This document shows, piece after piece, positions 11,466 through 21,900 of a stretch of DNA of 64,000 nt (within the stretch, counting starts at the first letter, position 1; the number at the start of each line of letters is the position of its first letter). The stretch comes from an uncultured Bacteroidales bacterium (GTDB lineage: Bacteria; Bacteroidota; Bacteroidia; Bacteroidales; UBA11471). The notes beneath the pieces are model-generated. The model saw only the letters and a program-made list of their open reading frames with translations. It had not been told where the DNA came from and did no database searches. A program made the translations under genes and the position numbers. The DNA is taken from the NCBI GenBank assembly GCA_947589325.1, contig CANQAM010000010.1:337-64336 (forward strand), read 5' to 3'.

Positions 11466-13082
11466 TTATGCCGAAGGTCTGCGGAGCGTTTCGGCACGTT
11501 TCAGGGCGGCGTCCATGCGCAGGTTGTGTTTGATGTACCGCCGTATCGAGCGGTATGTCGGGTGCAGGGCATGGAAAGGTCGCGCGCTGTTTTCTTTCAA
11601 CAGGAATATCACGAGGCACAGAAGGCAAGCCCACAACAGCCACCCGTATATCTCTTTCAGACTGACAGCCAATGCTTGCCGCTGCACGGCTCCGTATATT
11701 TCGGAAAGAGGCAGCTCTCCGGCAAGCGGCTGCACGCCGTCGATGCCGGCACCCAGCAGCATACTGTTTTTCTGCATGACGACTTTCAGTATCCGTCCTA
11801 AAACCGCGCTGCCGAATGCTCCTCCGAGACATGCGCTGGCAAACGATTGCGCCGTAACCGACTGGAAAAAGATAGGAAACGGAATGCGGGAAAGCGCTGT
11901 CAGGAAAGTAATGACAATCATCACCAAACCGGCATTCCGAAGAAATACCGGCAGTATCAGCATCGTCTTATCGACGTTGTAGTCGATGTAGAAGTAAAAG
12001 AGCGCCAGATGGAGCGCTAAACACCCGAATGCAATGGCTGTCATGCGCCGGTATGCCCACTTCCGTCGGGCGAAAGTGAGGTACATGAACAGGCTCCCCA
12101 TGACGATGCCCGCTGTTCCCGCCCAGTTGAGCGAAATCACGTGTTCGGCGTCGTAGCCGAGAATACCCTCCATATAGGCGTGGTCGAATACATGACCGGT
12201 GGCAACGAATATTTCGATTACCGACAGCAGGGCGAGGGTCGTGTAAAGCGGGCGCTGCCGCCAGACATCGGGACTGATATAGGGGTGGCGCACAAACGTG
12301 GAGCGCCAGACGTTCAGTGCCGTAACGGCGATGCCGCCGACGGTGGCACAGCGTATTTCCGACCCGTTCCACCAGTCGTAGTGTTCGCCATATACGCAGA
12401 TGAAAATCGTGCAAAGCAGGCTCACGCCCCACATGATGCCGCCCAACCAGTCGATGCCGTAAAGCGGGAGTTTGCGCATGGTATGGAACGTACTGAAAAG
12501 AATTTGGTTGGCAATCAACACCGCCAGCAGCAGTCCGATAATCAGCCAGTGCACGTATTCCCACGTCGCCCATACAGTCGTGTAAACGGTCAGCAGTCCC
12601 GACAGTTGCAGGCTGCCCTGCACTAACAGGTGAATGTAACAGAAAAATACCGACAGGTCGCGTTTCGGCGTAATCCAAAGCTGTATGAGCGAGTTGCACT
12701 CGAAAGTCGCCCACATGCGGAAAAATCCGGTGAAGAAGCATACCGCCACCAACACGGGCACGCTGCGCGTGTACATACATATCAGGTTGCCGGCGATGAT
12801 GGCTGTCGTGCAGATTTGAAATGCCGTTTTGGTGCAGAAGCGGAATTTCAGCCGGAAAATGATGGCGAACGTCAGCGCCAGACCTGCCAGCGAGGCATAG
12901 CCCGCCATCATGATATCTTCCTGCATCAACGAGGTGGAACCGACCATTTGACTGACGGCTGCCAGATACACTCCGCCGGAAAATTGAAAGACGATGACGA
13001 ACGCGACCAAAATCCACGGACGGATTTTTTTCGGCACGAAATCGCGCAGCATCGGCAGCGAGAAGGGTGGTATTTCGTGCAT
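11466..13082 (-). CDS. MFS-type (EmrB-like) efflux inner-membrane protein
   Basis: About 14 hydrophobic segments; third gene of a TolC-HlyD-membrane operon. Confidence 0.75.
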   Translation of the reverse strand: MHEIPPFSLPMLRDFVPKKIRPWILVAFVIVFQFSGGVYLAAVSQMVGSTSLMQEDIMMAGYASLAGLALTFAIIFRLKFRFCTKTAFQICTTAIIAGNLICMYTRSVPVLVAVCFFTGFFRMWATFECNSLIQLWITPKRDLSVFFCYIHLLVQGSLQLSGLLTVYTTVWATWEYVHWLIIGLLLAVLIANQILFSTFHTMRKLPLYGIDWLGGIMWGVSLLCTIFICVYGEHYDWWNGSEIRCATVGGIAVTALNVWRSTFVRHPYISPDVWRQRPLYTTLALLSVIEIFVATGHVFDHAYMEGILGYDAEHVISLNWAGTAGIVMGSLFMYLTFARRKWAYRRMTAIAFGCLALHLALFYFYIDYNVDKTMLILPVFLRNAGLVMIVITFLTALSRIPFPIFFQSVTAQSFASACLGGAFGSAVLGRILKVVMQKNSMLLGAGIDGVQPLAGELPLSEIYGAVQRQALAVSLKEIYGWLLWACLLCLVIFLLKENSARPFHALHPTYRSIRRYIKHNLRMDAALKRAETLRRPSA

Positions 13083-13086
13083 GGAA

Positions 13087-14121
13087 TCAATATTTTACGG
13101 TACACTCCACGTTCATGCCGGCGCGCAGCCGCTTCATATCTTCCGCCCGATTGTTTTCGGTAAACTCGATGCGCACAGGAATGCGCTGTTCCACTTTCAC
13201 GAAATTGCCCGCCGAGTTGTCTTGCGGAAGCAGCGAGAAGCTGGCACCCGTCGCCTGCGAAATCGATTTTACCACTCCTTCATATACGCACTCGGGCACG
13301 GCATCGACGGTTATTTCGACGGGCAGTCCTTCGGCGATATGGGCGGTCTGCGTTTCCTTGTAGTTGGCGACGACCCACTTTTCCTGTTCATCGACCACTT
13401 CGACAAGCGTTTGTCCGGGCTGCACGAGCTGCCCTTCCTGCACCGTTTTGCGTCCGGTGATGCCGTCGCACGGTGCGAGGATTACCGTGTACGAGAGATT
13501 CAGTTTCGCCAGCTCTACGGCAGCTTCCGCCAACTTCACGACGGCTTCGGTCTGTTCCAGACGCTGCGACTGCTCCTGCTTCACGAGCGCGGTCGATTGC
13601 TTTTGGCGGGAGAGCAGCGCGTAACGGGCTTTGGAGCTTTCGTAAGCGGTCTTTACGGCGTCGTACTGCTGGCGGGTTACGGCTTCCTGCTCCAACAGCT
13701 TTTGATACCGGTGATATTCGCGCTCGTCGTTTTCGAGTCGGATTTTCGCTTCCAAAATTCCGGCGTCGGACACCGACAGGTTGTTTTCGGTCGTGTGTAT
13801 CGACGACGACACGACGGCTTTCCCCGAAAGGGCGTTTTGGTAGTCGGCTTCGGCTTGGGCGAGCCGGAAGCGAAACTCGGCATCTTCGATGACCGCCAGC
13901 GTATCGCCCTTGTGCACATGCCGGTATTCGGTGAAATAAATGTGCTTGATGAATCCCTGTATCTTGCTGTTTACCGGCACGATGTGCTGGCGCACCTGCG
14001 CGTTGTCTGTAAATTCCACTCTGCCCAGATGCACGAATTTGTCGCATACGTAGACGAGGGCGTATAGCAGCGCCGCAAGCACGGCGACGTTGAAAATTAT
14101 TTTTTTCGTTTGTCTTTTCAT
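13087..14121 (-). CDS. HlyD/EmrA family membrane fusion protein
   Basis: FTDNAQV, V..GQLVQPGQTL, ANYKETQ, DNSAGNFVKVEQRIPVRI, LRAGMNVE. Confidence 0.92.
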   Translation of the reverse strand: MKRQTKKIIFNVAVLAALLYALVYVCDKFVHLGRVEFTDNAQVRQHIVPVNSKIQGFIKHIYFTEYRHVHKGDTLAVIEDAEFRFRLAQAEADYQNALSGKAVVSSSIHTTENNLSVSDAGILEAKIRLENDEREYHRYQKLLEQEAVTRQQYDAVKTAYESSKARYALLSRQKQSTALVKQEQSQRLEQTEAVVKLAEAAVELAKLNLSYTVILAPCDGITGRKTVQEGQLVQPGQTLVEVVDEQEKWVVANYKETQTAHIAEGLPVEITVDAVPECVYEGVVKSISQATGASFSLLPQDNSAGNFVKVEQRIPVRIEFTENNRAEDMKRLRAGMNVECTVKY

Positions 14122-14131
14122 CGGAATGTTT

Positions 14132-15445
14132 TTAGAGAGTACCAGAAATATAAAGAAGTTTGTAATAACTGAAAATCACGTCGATGCGGGCATTCACCAA
14201 TTCCGCTTCCGCCGCGAGCTTGGCGTTGCTTGCGTCGAGCATATCGGTGATGAGCGCCATGTCGTTTTGGTAGCGATTGTGTACGACGGCGTAGTTGCGG
14301 TTGGCAAGTTCCGCGCTCTTTTCCTGCGTCTGCACCGTCAGGTAGCTTTCGAGGTATTTTACGTATTCGGCTTGGACGGACAGCACGGTTTCTTCGGCTG
14401 CGTGTTCGCGGGTCTGCTGCGCGCGCCGTATCGACAGGCGGCTGCGCGACAGCTCGCGCGGCGACTTGAACAGCGCATCGAAATTGTATTTGATGCCCAC
14501 GCCCACATACCAGTAGTTGAAATTTTTGTCGATTGCCGGCACTTCGATGAGTATCGGACCGTTGAGGTTGTTGCCCGCGAAAAGGGCGATTTTCGGAATC
14601 CGGGTCGAGCGAATGATTTTGTTTTGCTGCTGCTCCATTTTTATGGCGATGTCGCACTGTTTCAGGGCGGGCGACTGTTCGATGCCCGATTTCGTCCAGT
14701 ACGACTCGTCCCCGACGGGAATCTCTTGCGTCAGGAGGGCGGTATCGGGCACGATTGCCGTGCCGGCAGGCAGTCCGAGCAGCACGACCAAATGGTTGTT
14801 GAGTATCGTCCGGTTGTTTTCGATGCGGGTGCGTTGCAGTTCGAGGTTCGACAGTTGCAGTTCGTAGCGCGTGATGTCGTTGTGCAGCACGACGCCCTCG
14901 CGCTCTTTGGCGCGCAACTCGTCGAGCACCTGTCGGGTTTGGGCGATGTTGGCATCGTAGACGCCGCTGAGGTTCTGCTGCTTGAACAGGTCGAGATAAT
15001 ACCCTACCAGCCTCAGCCGCGTTTTGTCGCGGGTATCTTCGAGCGTCCATCGGGCGCTTTCGCTTTGCAGGCGGGCGAGGTCGATGCTGCTCCGTATCGC
15101 TCCGCCGGAGTAGATGACCTGCGACGCCTCTACGGCAAGATTGTTTCCGAAATGGGGCATATCGATATTCATTTTATCGGAAAAATCGCGCTCCCACATA
15201 CGACCGTCGCCGATGTAGTTTACCGATACTTCGGCGCTGATTTCGGGCAGACGTGCGTTCTTTGCCTCTTTTATGGCGCGCAGACTCTCTTCCACGCCGG
15301 TTTTGTCGGCGCGCAGCGACTTGCTGTTTTCTTCGGCTAACGCGAACATTTCGTCTATGGATAGCCTTTTTTGTACGGATTCTTGGGCGTATGCCCCGTT
15401 GTACAGTATGCACGTGCATACCGTGAGCAAAATATATTTGTTCAT
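14132..15445 (-). CDS. TolC family outer-membrane efflux protein
   Basis: Signal peptide and two OEP repeats (ARLPEIS..., RIPKIALF...); start set at MNKYILL. Confidence 0.9.
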   Translation of the reverse strand: MNKYILLTVCTCILYNGAYAQESVQKRLSIDEMFALAEENSKSLRADKTGVEESLRAIKEAKNARLPEISAEVSVNYIGDGRMWERDFSDKMNIDMPHFGNNLAVEASQVIYSGGAIRSSIDLARLQSESARWTLEDTRDKTRLRLVGYYLDLFKQQNLSGVYDANIAQTRQVLDELRAKEREGVVLHNDITRYELQLSNLELQRTRIENNRTILNNHLVVLLGLPAGTAIVPDTALLTQEIPVGDESYWTKSGIEQSPALKQCDIAIKMEQQQNKIIRSTRIPKIALFAGNNLNGPILIEVPAIDKNFNYWYVGVGIKYNFDALFKSPRELSRSRLSIRRAQQTREHAAEETVLSVQAEYVKYLESYLTVQTQEKSAELANRNYAVVHNRYQNDMALITDMLDASNAKLAAEAELVNARIDVIFSYYKLLYISGTL

Positions 15446-15626
15446 GTGTAGGTGATAAGATGTGAATAATGAAACAGGGGTGAAACGCGCTTTCCTAATC
15501 GGAATTTTCACGACCCCACCGGTGGAAGTCGGCTAAGCGAAAAAAGATTTTTTGAATAAGTGCGGTGTAAGCGAAAGTGCGATTTTTTCTCATTGTCCGG
15601 CGGGACTGTATATCCCGTTCAGGCGA

Positions 15627-15634
15627 CAAAGGTA
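15627..15634 (-). promoter_or_regulatory. -7 element, candidate promoter of the efflux operon
   Basis: TACCTTTG on the minus strand, about 180 nt upstream of the TolC start. Confidence 0.45.
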
Positions 15635-15720
15635 GGAAAAATAAAAACGTAGGCGGATTCTGTATTAACAAATATTATGATTTTAACGTGCTGCTGTTGC
15701 CGGCATGGAAGGAAGCAGGC

Positions 15721-15760
15721 AATAAAAAAGCAAGCCCTGTTTACACAAACAAGGCTTGCT
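15721..15760 (-). terminator. Intrinsic terminator of the gltB-gltD-asnB transcript
   Basis: Minus strand AGCAAGCCTTGTTT-GTGT-AAACAGGGCTTGCT then TTTTTATT; a second hairpin lies at 15763-15791. Confidence 0.85.
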
Positions 15761-15798
15761 CCGGATTTGCCGTATGGCGGCGGCAAAATCCTCTCTCT

Positions 15799-15815
15799 AT
15801 GCAACAGAGTAAAAA
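15799..15815 (+). repeat. Inverted third copy of the gltB-flanking element
   Basis: ATGCAACAGAGTAAAAA, 15/16 identical to ATGCAACAAAGTAAAA; lies 5-21 nt after the asnB stop in the opposite orientation. Confidence 0.7.
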
Positions 15816-15819
15816 AGCA

Positions 15820-17484
15820 TCAATAACTTTGTTTATGGACGTTCTTTACAGCGCGTCCCGACGGGTCGTTGAGTTTCTTGAACGACTCGTCCCATTCCAG
15901 TGCCGTGGCGGTGCTGCAAGCGACCGACCGTTCGGACGGCACGCTGCGTGCGGCGGCATCGGAGGGGAAGTGTTCGGCAAAGATGGAGCGGTAGTAATAC
16001 TCCTCTTTGTTCATCGGCGGATTGATGGGGAAGCGTTCGGCGGCGTGCGCCATTTCTTCGTCCGACACCCGCTCGGAGGTAATCTGTTTGAGTACGTCGA
16101 TCCAACTGTACCCCACACCGTCGGAGAACTGCTCTTTCTGACGCCATGCCACGCTCGCGGGCAAAATGTCCTCGAAGGCTTTGCGCAGTATCCATTTCTC
16201 CATTTTCCCGTCTTTCGCCATTTTGGCTTCGGGGTTGAGGCGCATGGCTGTGTCCATGAAAGTCTTGTCGAGAAACGGCACGCGCCCTTCGACGCCCCAT
16301 GCCGAGAGCGATTTGTTGGCACGCAGGCAGTCGTAGAGGTAGAGCTTGCTGATTTTGCGCACGCACTCTTCGTGAAACGCCCGCGCGTCGGGCGCTTTGT
16401 GGAAGTAGAGGTAGCCGCCGAATATCTCGTCGGCGCCTTCGCCCGAGAGTACCATTTTTATGCCCATCGACTTGATGACGCGCGCCAGCAGGTACATCGG
16501 CGTGGAGGCGCGCACCGTCGTTACATCGTAAGTCTCGATGTAGTAGATGACGTCGCGCAGGGCGTCGAGACCCTCCTCTATGGTGAAGTTGATTTCGTGA
16601 TGCACCGTACCGATGTGCGCGGCGACCTGACGGGCAGCTTCGAGGTCGGGCGCCCCTTTCAGCCCTACGGCAAAAGAGTGCAGCTGCGGCCACCAAGCGT
16701 CGGAGCGGCTGCCCGATTCGATACGCTTGGCGGCATACTGTTTGGCGACAGCCGACACGATAGACGAGTCCAGCCCGCCCGACAGCAGTACGCCGTAGGG
16801 TACGTCGCTCATCAGCTGGCGGCGCACCGCATCGCATAGTGCGGCACGCAGCGCCTCGCCGTCGGCGCCGTTGTCTTTTACGGCGTCGTACTGCTCCCAG
16901 TCGCGTTTGTACCAGCGCACCATTTTGCCGCTCCGGCTGTCGTAGTAGTGTCCGGGTAGGAAAGGTGCGTAGTCGGTACACCACCCTTCGAGCGCTTTCA
17001 ATTCCGATGCCACATAGGTGCGACCCTCGCTGTCGTGCCCCATGTAGAGGGGTATCACGCCTATGGAGTCGCGGGCGATGAGGTAGCGGTCGTTTTCTTC
17101 ATCGTACAGCGCGAAAGCGAAAATGCCGTTGAGGTCTTCGAAAAAGTCGATGCCCTTTTTCCGGTAAAGCGCCAAGATGACTTCGCAGTCGGAACCCGTC
17201 CGGAAAGAATAGTCCTTGCAGATGCCCTCGCGCAGGTCGCGGTGGTTGTATATTTCGCCGTTTACGGAGAGTATCAGTTTGCCGTCGGGGCTTTTCAGCG
17301 GCTGCCCGCCTGAGGCGGGATCGACGATAGAGAGACGCTCATGCGCCAGAATCGCTGATTTCCCCACGTATATGCCCGACCAGTCGGGCCCCCGATGACG
17401 GATTTTTTTTGACATTTCCAATGCCTGCGCACGCAGCTGCGCCGCATTCTCTTTTATATCGAATATGCCTACGATTCCGCACAT
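15820..17484 (-). CDS. asnB: Asparagine synthetase B (glutamine-hydrolysing)
   Basis: N-terminal MCGI (Ntn Cys), RHRGPDWSG, LLSGGLDSS, SGEGADE, EGRVPFLD. Confidence 0.97.
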   Translation of the reverse strand: MCGIVGIFDIKENAAQLRAQALEMSKKIRHRGPDWSGIYVGKSAILAHERLSIVDPASGGQPLKSPDGKLILSVNGEIYNHRDLREGICKDYSFRTGSDCEVILALYRKKGIDFFEDLNGIFAFALYDEENDRYLIARDSIGVIPLYMGHDSEGRTYVASELKALEGWCTDYAPFLPGHYYDSRSGKMVRWYKRDWEQYDAVKDNGADGEALRAALCDAVRRQLMSDVPYGVLLSGGLDSSIVSAVAKQYAAKRIESGSRSDAWWPQLHSFAVGLKGAPDLEAARQVAAHIGTVHHEINFTIEEGLDALRDVIYYIETYDVTTVRASTPMYLLARVIKSMGIKMVLSGEGADEIFGGYLYFHKAPDARAFHEECVRKISKLYLYDCLRANKSLSAWGVEGRVPFLDKTFMDTAMRLNPEAKMAKDGKMEKWILRKAFEDILPASVAWRQKEQFSDGVGYSWIDVLKQITSERVSDEEMAHAAERFPINPPMNKEEYYYRSIFAEHFPSDAAARSVPSERSVACSTATALEWDESFKKLNDPSGRAVKNVHKQSY

Positions 17485-17491
17485 GGCTTTC

Positions 17492-18922
17492 TTATTTTAA
17501 GGTCGATAAATAACGGTCGATAGCTGCGGCGGTTTTGCGCCCCGAAGCGATGGCGCGCACCACGAGACCCGCACCGTAGGAGGCATCGCCGGCGGCGAAT
17601 ACCTTTGCGACGGAACTTTTGTTGTCGCTATCGACTGCCACGTTTTTACGTCCGTCGAGCGTAACGCCGAGATTTTCGAGCAACCCTTCGTAAACGGGGT
17701 GTACGAATCCCATTGCCAAGAACACCATATCGACGTCGAGAATTTCGGTCTCGGCAGCCCGCTGCGGCGTCATGCGGCCGTTTTCGTCGGTCGTCCAAGT
17801 TACCGGAGCCACTTCGACCTGTTTCAATACGCCGTTTTCGCCGATGAAGCGCACGGTATCGAGGCTCCACCGCCGTTCGCAGCCCTCTTGGTGCGACGAC
17901 GATGTTTTGAGTATCTGCGGGTATTGCGGCCACGGCGTCGCCGGATTTTTATCGACCGGCGGTTTGGGCATGATTTCTATTTGCAGCACGCTTGCGGCGC
18001 CCTGTCGTATGGCGGTGCCCACGCAGTCCGAACCCGTGTCGCCGCCGCCGATTACCAGCACCCGTTTGCCTTTGGCGGAGATGCGTTCTTCCGGTGCGAC
18101 CTCTGTGCCGGCATTGACGCGGTTTTGCTGCTTCAGCAGTTCGAGCGCGAAGTAAACGCCTTTGAGGTCGCGCCCTTCGACGCGGAGGTCGCGCGGCTCG
18201 CCCGCCCCGATAGCCACGCATACGGCATCGTATTCGTCGAGCATTTTTTTCAATGCCTTCTTGTCAGCGCCTACCGGTGCGTTGCAGAAGAAAGAGATGC
18301 CCTCTGTTTCGAGCAGCGCCTGACGGCGGTCGATAACGTTTTTGTTGAGTTTGAAATCGGGTATGCCGAGCCGCAGCAGTCCGCCGATGCGTTCGTCTTT
18401 TTCAAAAACTTCGACGGTGTGCCCCTTGCGGTTGAGCTGGTTGGCGCAGGCGAGCCCTGCCGGTCCCGAGCCGATGACTGCCACCTTCTTGCCCGTGCGG
18501 GTGTGAGGCGGACACGCCACGACATACCCTTCGGAAAAGGCTTTTTCGATAATGGCGGCTTCGTTGTTGCGCACGGTTACCGGCGCATTTGCCGAGAGCC
18601 CCAGCACGCACCCTTTTTCACAGAGCGCCGGACAGACACGTCCCGTAAATTCGGGAAAGTCGTCGGTTTCCTGCAAGAGGCGGTAAGCCTCCCGCCAGTT
18701 TCCTTTATACACGGCGTCCTGCCATTCGGGCTGGCGGTTGCCCAGCGGGCAGTTCCAGTGGCAGAAGGGCACGCCGCAGTCCATGCAGCGCGAGGCTTGC
18801 GTGCGGCACTCTTCGTCGTGGAAGGTAAGCTCCACTTCGGCAAAATCGGTTTTTCGTTGTTGAACGGGACGGTATCCCGCTTCTTTTCTTCCTATGGTAA
18901 GAAATGCTTTCGGATTTCCCAT
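17492..18922 (-). CDS. gltD: Glutamate synthase small subunit
   Basis: RCMDCGVPFCHWNCP, GRVCPALCE, GSGPAG, IGGGDTGSDC, FAAGD. Confidence 0.96.
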   Translation of the reverse strand: MGNPKAFLTIGRKEAGYRPVQQRKTDFAEVELTFHDEECRTQASRCMDCGVPFCHWNCPLGNRQPEWQDAVYKGNWREAYRLLQETDDFPEFTGRVCPALCEKGCVLGLSANAPVTVRNNEAAIIEKAFSEGYVVACPPHTRTGKKVAVIGSGPAGLACANQLNRKGHTVEVFEKDERIGGLLRLGIPDFKLNKNVIDRRQALLETEGISFFCNAPVGADKKALKKMLDEYDAVCVAIGAGEPRDLRVEGRDLKGVYFALELLKQQNRVNAGTEVAPEERISAKGKRVLVIGGGDTGSDCVGTAIRQGAASVLQIEIMPKPPVDKNPATPWPQYPQILKTSSSHQEGCERRWSLDTVRFIGENGVLKQVEVAPVTWTTDENGRMTPQRAAETEILDVDMVFLAMGFVHPVYEGLLENLGVTLDGRKNVAVDSDNKSSVAKVFAAGDASYGAGLVVRAIASGRKTAAAIDRYLSTLK

Positions 18923-18929
18923 GATTCTT

Positions 18930-18950
18930 TTACTTTTTACTTTGTTGCAT
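18930..18950 (-). other. Candidate minigene MQQSKK* between gltB and gltD
   Basis: ATG CAA CAA AGT AAA AAG TAA; starts 2 nt after the gltB stop and ends 7 nt before the gltD ATG. Translation is unproven. Confidence 0.35.
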
Positions 18951-18953
18951 GAT
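18935..18953 (-). repeat. 19 bp direct repeat, copy at the gltB 3' end
   Basis: ATCATGCAACAAAGTAAAA, identical to 23452-23470. Confidence 0.9.
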
Positions 18954-21900
18954 TAATAGTCCCGTTCCACTTTCTCGATTTTCTGTTGCAGCGATTTTAT
19001 TTTCTCTTCTTGCAGCACTTTCTTGTACTCGATAGGCATCACTTTGATAAATTGCGATACGTATTCGTCCCAGTTTTCGAGCATACGTTTGGCGAGGGGA
19101 CTGTGCGTGTTCTCGTAGTGGTTGGCGATGAGGCCGTGCAGCTCTTTGTTGTCGGCGGCATCTTCGATGAGCGAAAGTTCCACCATCTCCATATTGCAGA
19201 AGAAGTCGAAATCGTCGTTCTTGTTCCACACGTAGGCGATACCGCCGCTCATGCCGGCGGCGAAGTTGCGACCCACTTTGCCGAGTACCACCGTGCGACC
19301 GCCCGTCATGTATTCGCAGCAGTGGTCGCCCACGCCTTCGACGACGGCTGTCGCGCCGCTGTTGCGCACGCAGAAACGTTCGCCCACGATGCCGTTGATA
19401 TAGACTTCGCCCGACGTGGCGCCATAGAGCAGCGTGTTGCCGGCGATGATGTTTTCTTCGGGTGCGAACGACGAGCCTTTCGGCGGAATGACGATGATTT
19501 TGCCGCCCGAGAGTCCTTTGCCCAAATAGTCGTTGGCTTCGCCCGAGAGGCAGAAGGTTACGCCGTGTGCGAGGAATGCGGCGAAGCTCTGACCTGCCGA
19601 GCCGATGAAGTTGCACCGTATCGTGTCGTCGGGCAGACCGGCGTTTCCGAACCGCGTGGCTATCTCGCCCGAAAGCATGGCGCCCGTCGAGCGGTCGGTG
19701 TTGCATATCGGCAGATGCAGCTCGATGGGCATCAGCGATTTAAGCGACGGAAGCGCTGCCTTTATCAGCCGCTGGTCTATCACGTCTTCGATTTGGTGCG
19801 CCTGCTCCTTGATTTTGCGGCAGGCATGTTTTTCAGCCTCTGCCGGACGGTAGAGTATGCGCGAAAGGTCGAGTTTGTCTATCGTGTGGTCGCCTACGGG
19901 AGGTTTCGGGAAAAGCAGGTCGGAGCGGCCGATGATGTCGTCCATTTTGGTGAAGCCCATTTCCGCCAGCCACTCCCGCACTTCCTGCGCGAGGAAGGTG
20001 AAGAAATTGACGAGGTATTCCGACCGTCCGAGGAAGCGTTTGCGCAGCTCTGCATTCTGCGTGGCGACGCCCACCGGACAGGTGTTCATGTGGCATTTGC
20101 GCATCATCACACAGCCCAAGACGATGAGTGCGCTGGTGGCAAATCCGAATTCTTCGGCGCCGAGCAGCGCTTGTATGATGATGTCGCGTCCGGTTTTCAG
20201 CTGTCCGTCCACTTGCAGCGTTACCTGCCCGCGCAAGTTGTTGAGTACGAGCGTCTGCTGCGTTTCGGAAAGACCTATTTCCGACGGCAGTCCGGCGTGC
20301 TTTATCGAGCTGGCGGGACTTGCTCCCGTGCCGCCTTCGCAGCCGCTGATGACAATCATGTCGGCTTTGGCTTTGGCTACGCCGGCGGCAATGGTGCCCA
20401 CGCCGCTCTCTGATACCAGCTTCACGCTGATGCGGGCGCGGGGATTCACGTTTTTCAAATCGAAAATGAGCTGTGCCAAGTCTTCGATAGAGTAAATGTC
20501 GTGGTGCGGGGGAGGCGAGATGAGCGAAATGCCCGGTATGGAGTGGCGGGTGCGCGCAATCACTTCATCGACTTTGAATCCGGGCAGCTGCCCGCCTTCT
20601 CCGGGTTTTGCGCCCTGCGCCACCTTGATTTGTATTTCGTCGGCATTCACCAAATATTCGGTCGTTACGCCGAAGCGTCCCGATGCTACCTGCTTGATGG
20701 CGCTGCGAGCCGACGTACCGTCTTCGCGCGGAACGAAGCGTTCGGCATCTTCGCCGCCTTCGCCCGTGTTGCTCTTGCCGCCCAGTTTGTTCATGGCGAT
20801 AGCCATAGCTTCGTGCGCCTCCTTGCTGATAGAACCGAACGACATGGCGCCCGTTACGAAACGGCGCGTTATGGCTTCGACAGGCTCTACCAGCGAAATA
20901 TCGATGGGGTTGCGTTTGAAGTCGAGGCGGTCGCGTAGGAATACCGGCTGCTCCTTGCCATCGACCATGGCGGTAAATTCTTTGAATTTCTTGTAGCTGC
21001 CCAGACGGGTCGCCAGTTGCAGGGTTGATATGGTTTCGGGATTCCATGCGTGGAATTCGCCGTTTTTGCGGAAGCTGTAAATGCCGTTGTGGTTGAGGTA
21101 CTGTTCTTTGTCGATGTAAGCCTCCGCATGGAATTTGACGATGTCGCGGTAAATCTCTTCGAGCGTTACGCCGCCTATTTTGGAAGTCGTGCCGCAGAAA
21201 TAACGGTCTATCAATTCCTGTGAAATGCCGACAGCCTCGAACAGCTGGGCGCCCCAATAGCTGCCTATCGTGGAGATGCCCATTTTGGAGATGACTTTCA
21301 ACAATCCTTTGTTCACCGCTTTCACGTAATTTTTTTCGGCGGTGTGGTAGTCGAGCTGTATCTGTTTGTCGTTTACCAACTGGTTGATGACGGCAAAAGC
21401 CATGTAGGGGTTTACCGCGCTGGCGCCATAGCCTATCAGCAGGGCGAAGTGCATTACTTCACGAACCTCGCCGGTCTCTACGACGATAGCTGTCTGCACA
21501 CGCATACGCTTGGCGATAAGGTGGTTGTGTACGGCGGAGACGGCGAGCAGCGACGGTATGGGCACCTGCGTTTCGTCAGCCTCCTTGTCGGAGAGTATGA
21601 TGTAGTTGAAGTCGGCTTTCACCGCCTGTTCGGCTTCGGCGCAGAGGCGGTCGATACCCTCTGCCAACCCTTGTGCGCCGGAATTGAGGTCGAACGTCAT
21701 CGACAGCGTTTTGGTGCGGAAGCCCTTGTAGCGCAGGTTGCGCAGAATATCGAGGTCGGCGTTGGTGATGACGGGCGATTTGATATTGACCATCTTGCAC
21801 AGCTCCGGCGACTGCACTAACAGATTTTTGTTGATGACGCCGATGTAGTTGCCGAGCGACATCACCAACTCTTCGCGAATGGGGTCGATAGGCGGGTTGG

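Noticed and set aside
15577-16839. Plus-strand ORF containing MQQSKKA at 15799 as a real gene
   Set aside because: Beyond the repeat it is the antisense shadow of asnB; the repeat itself is kept as a finding.
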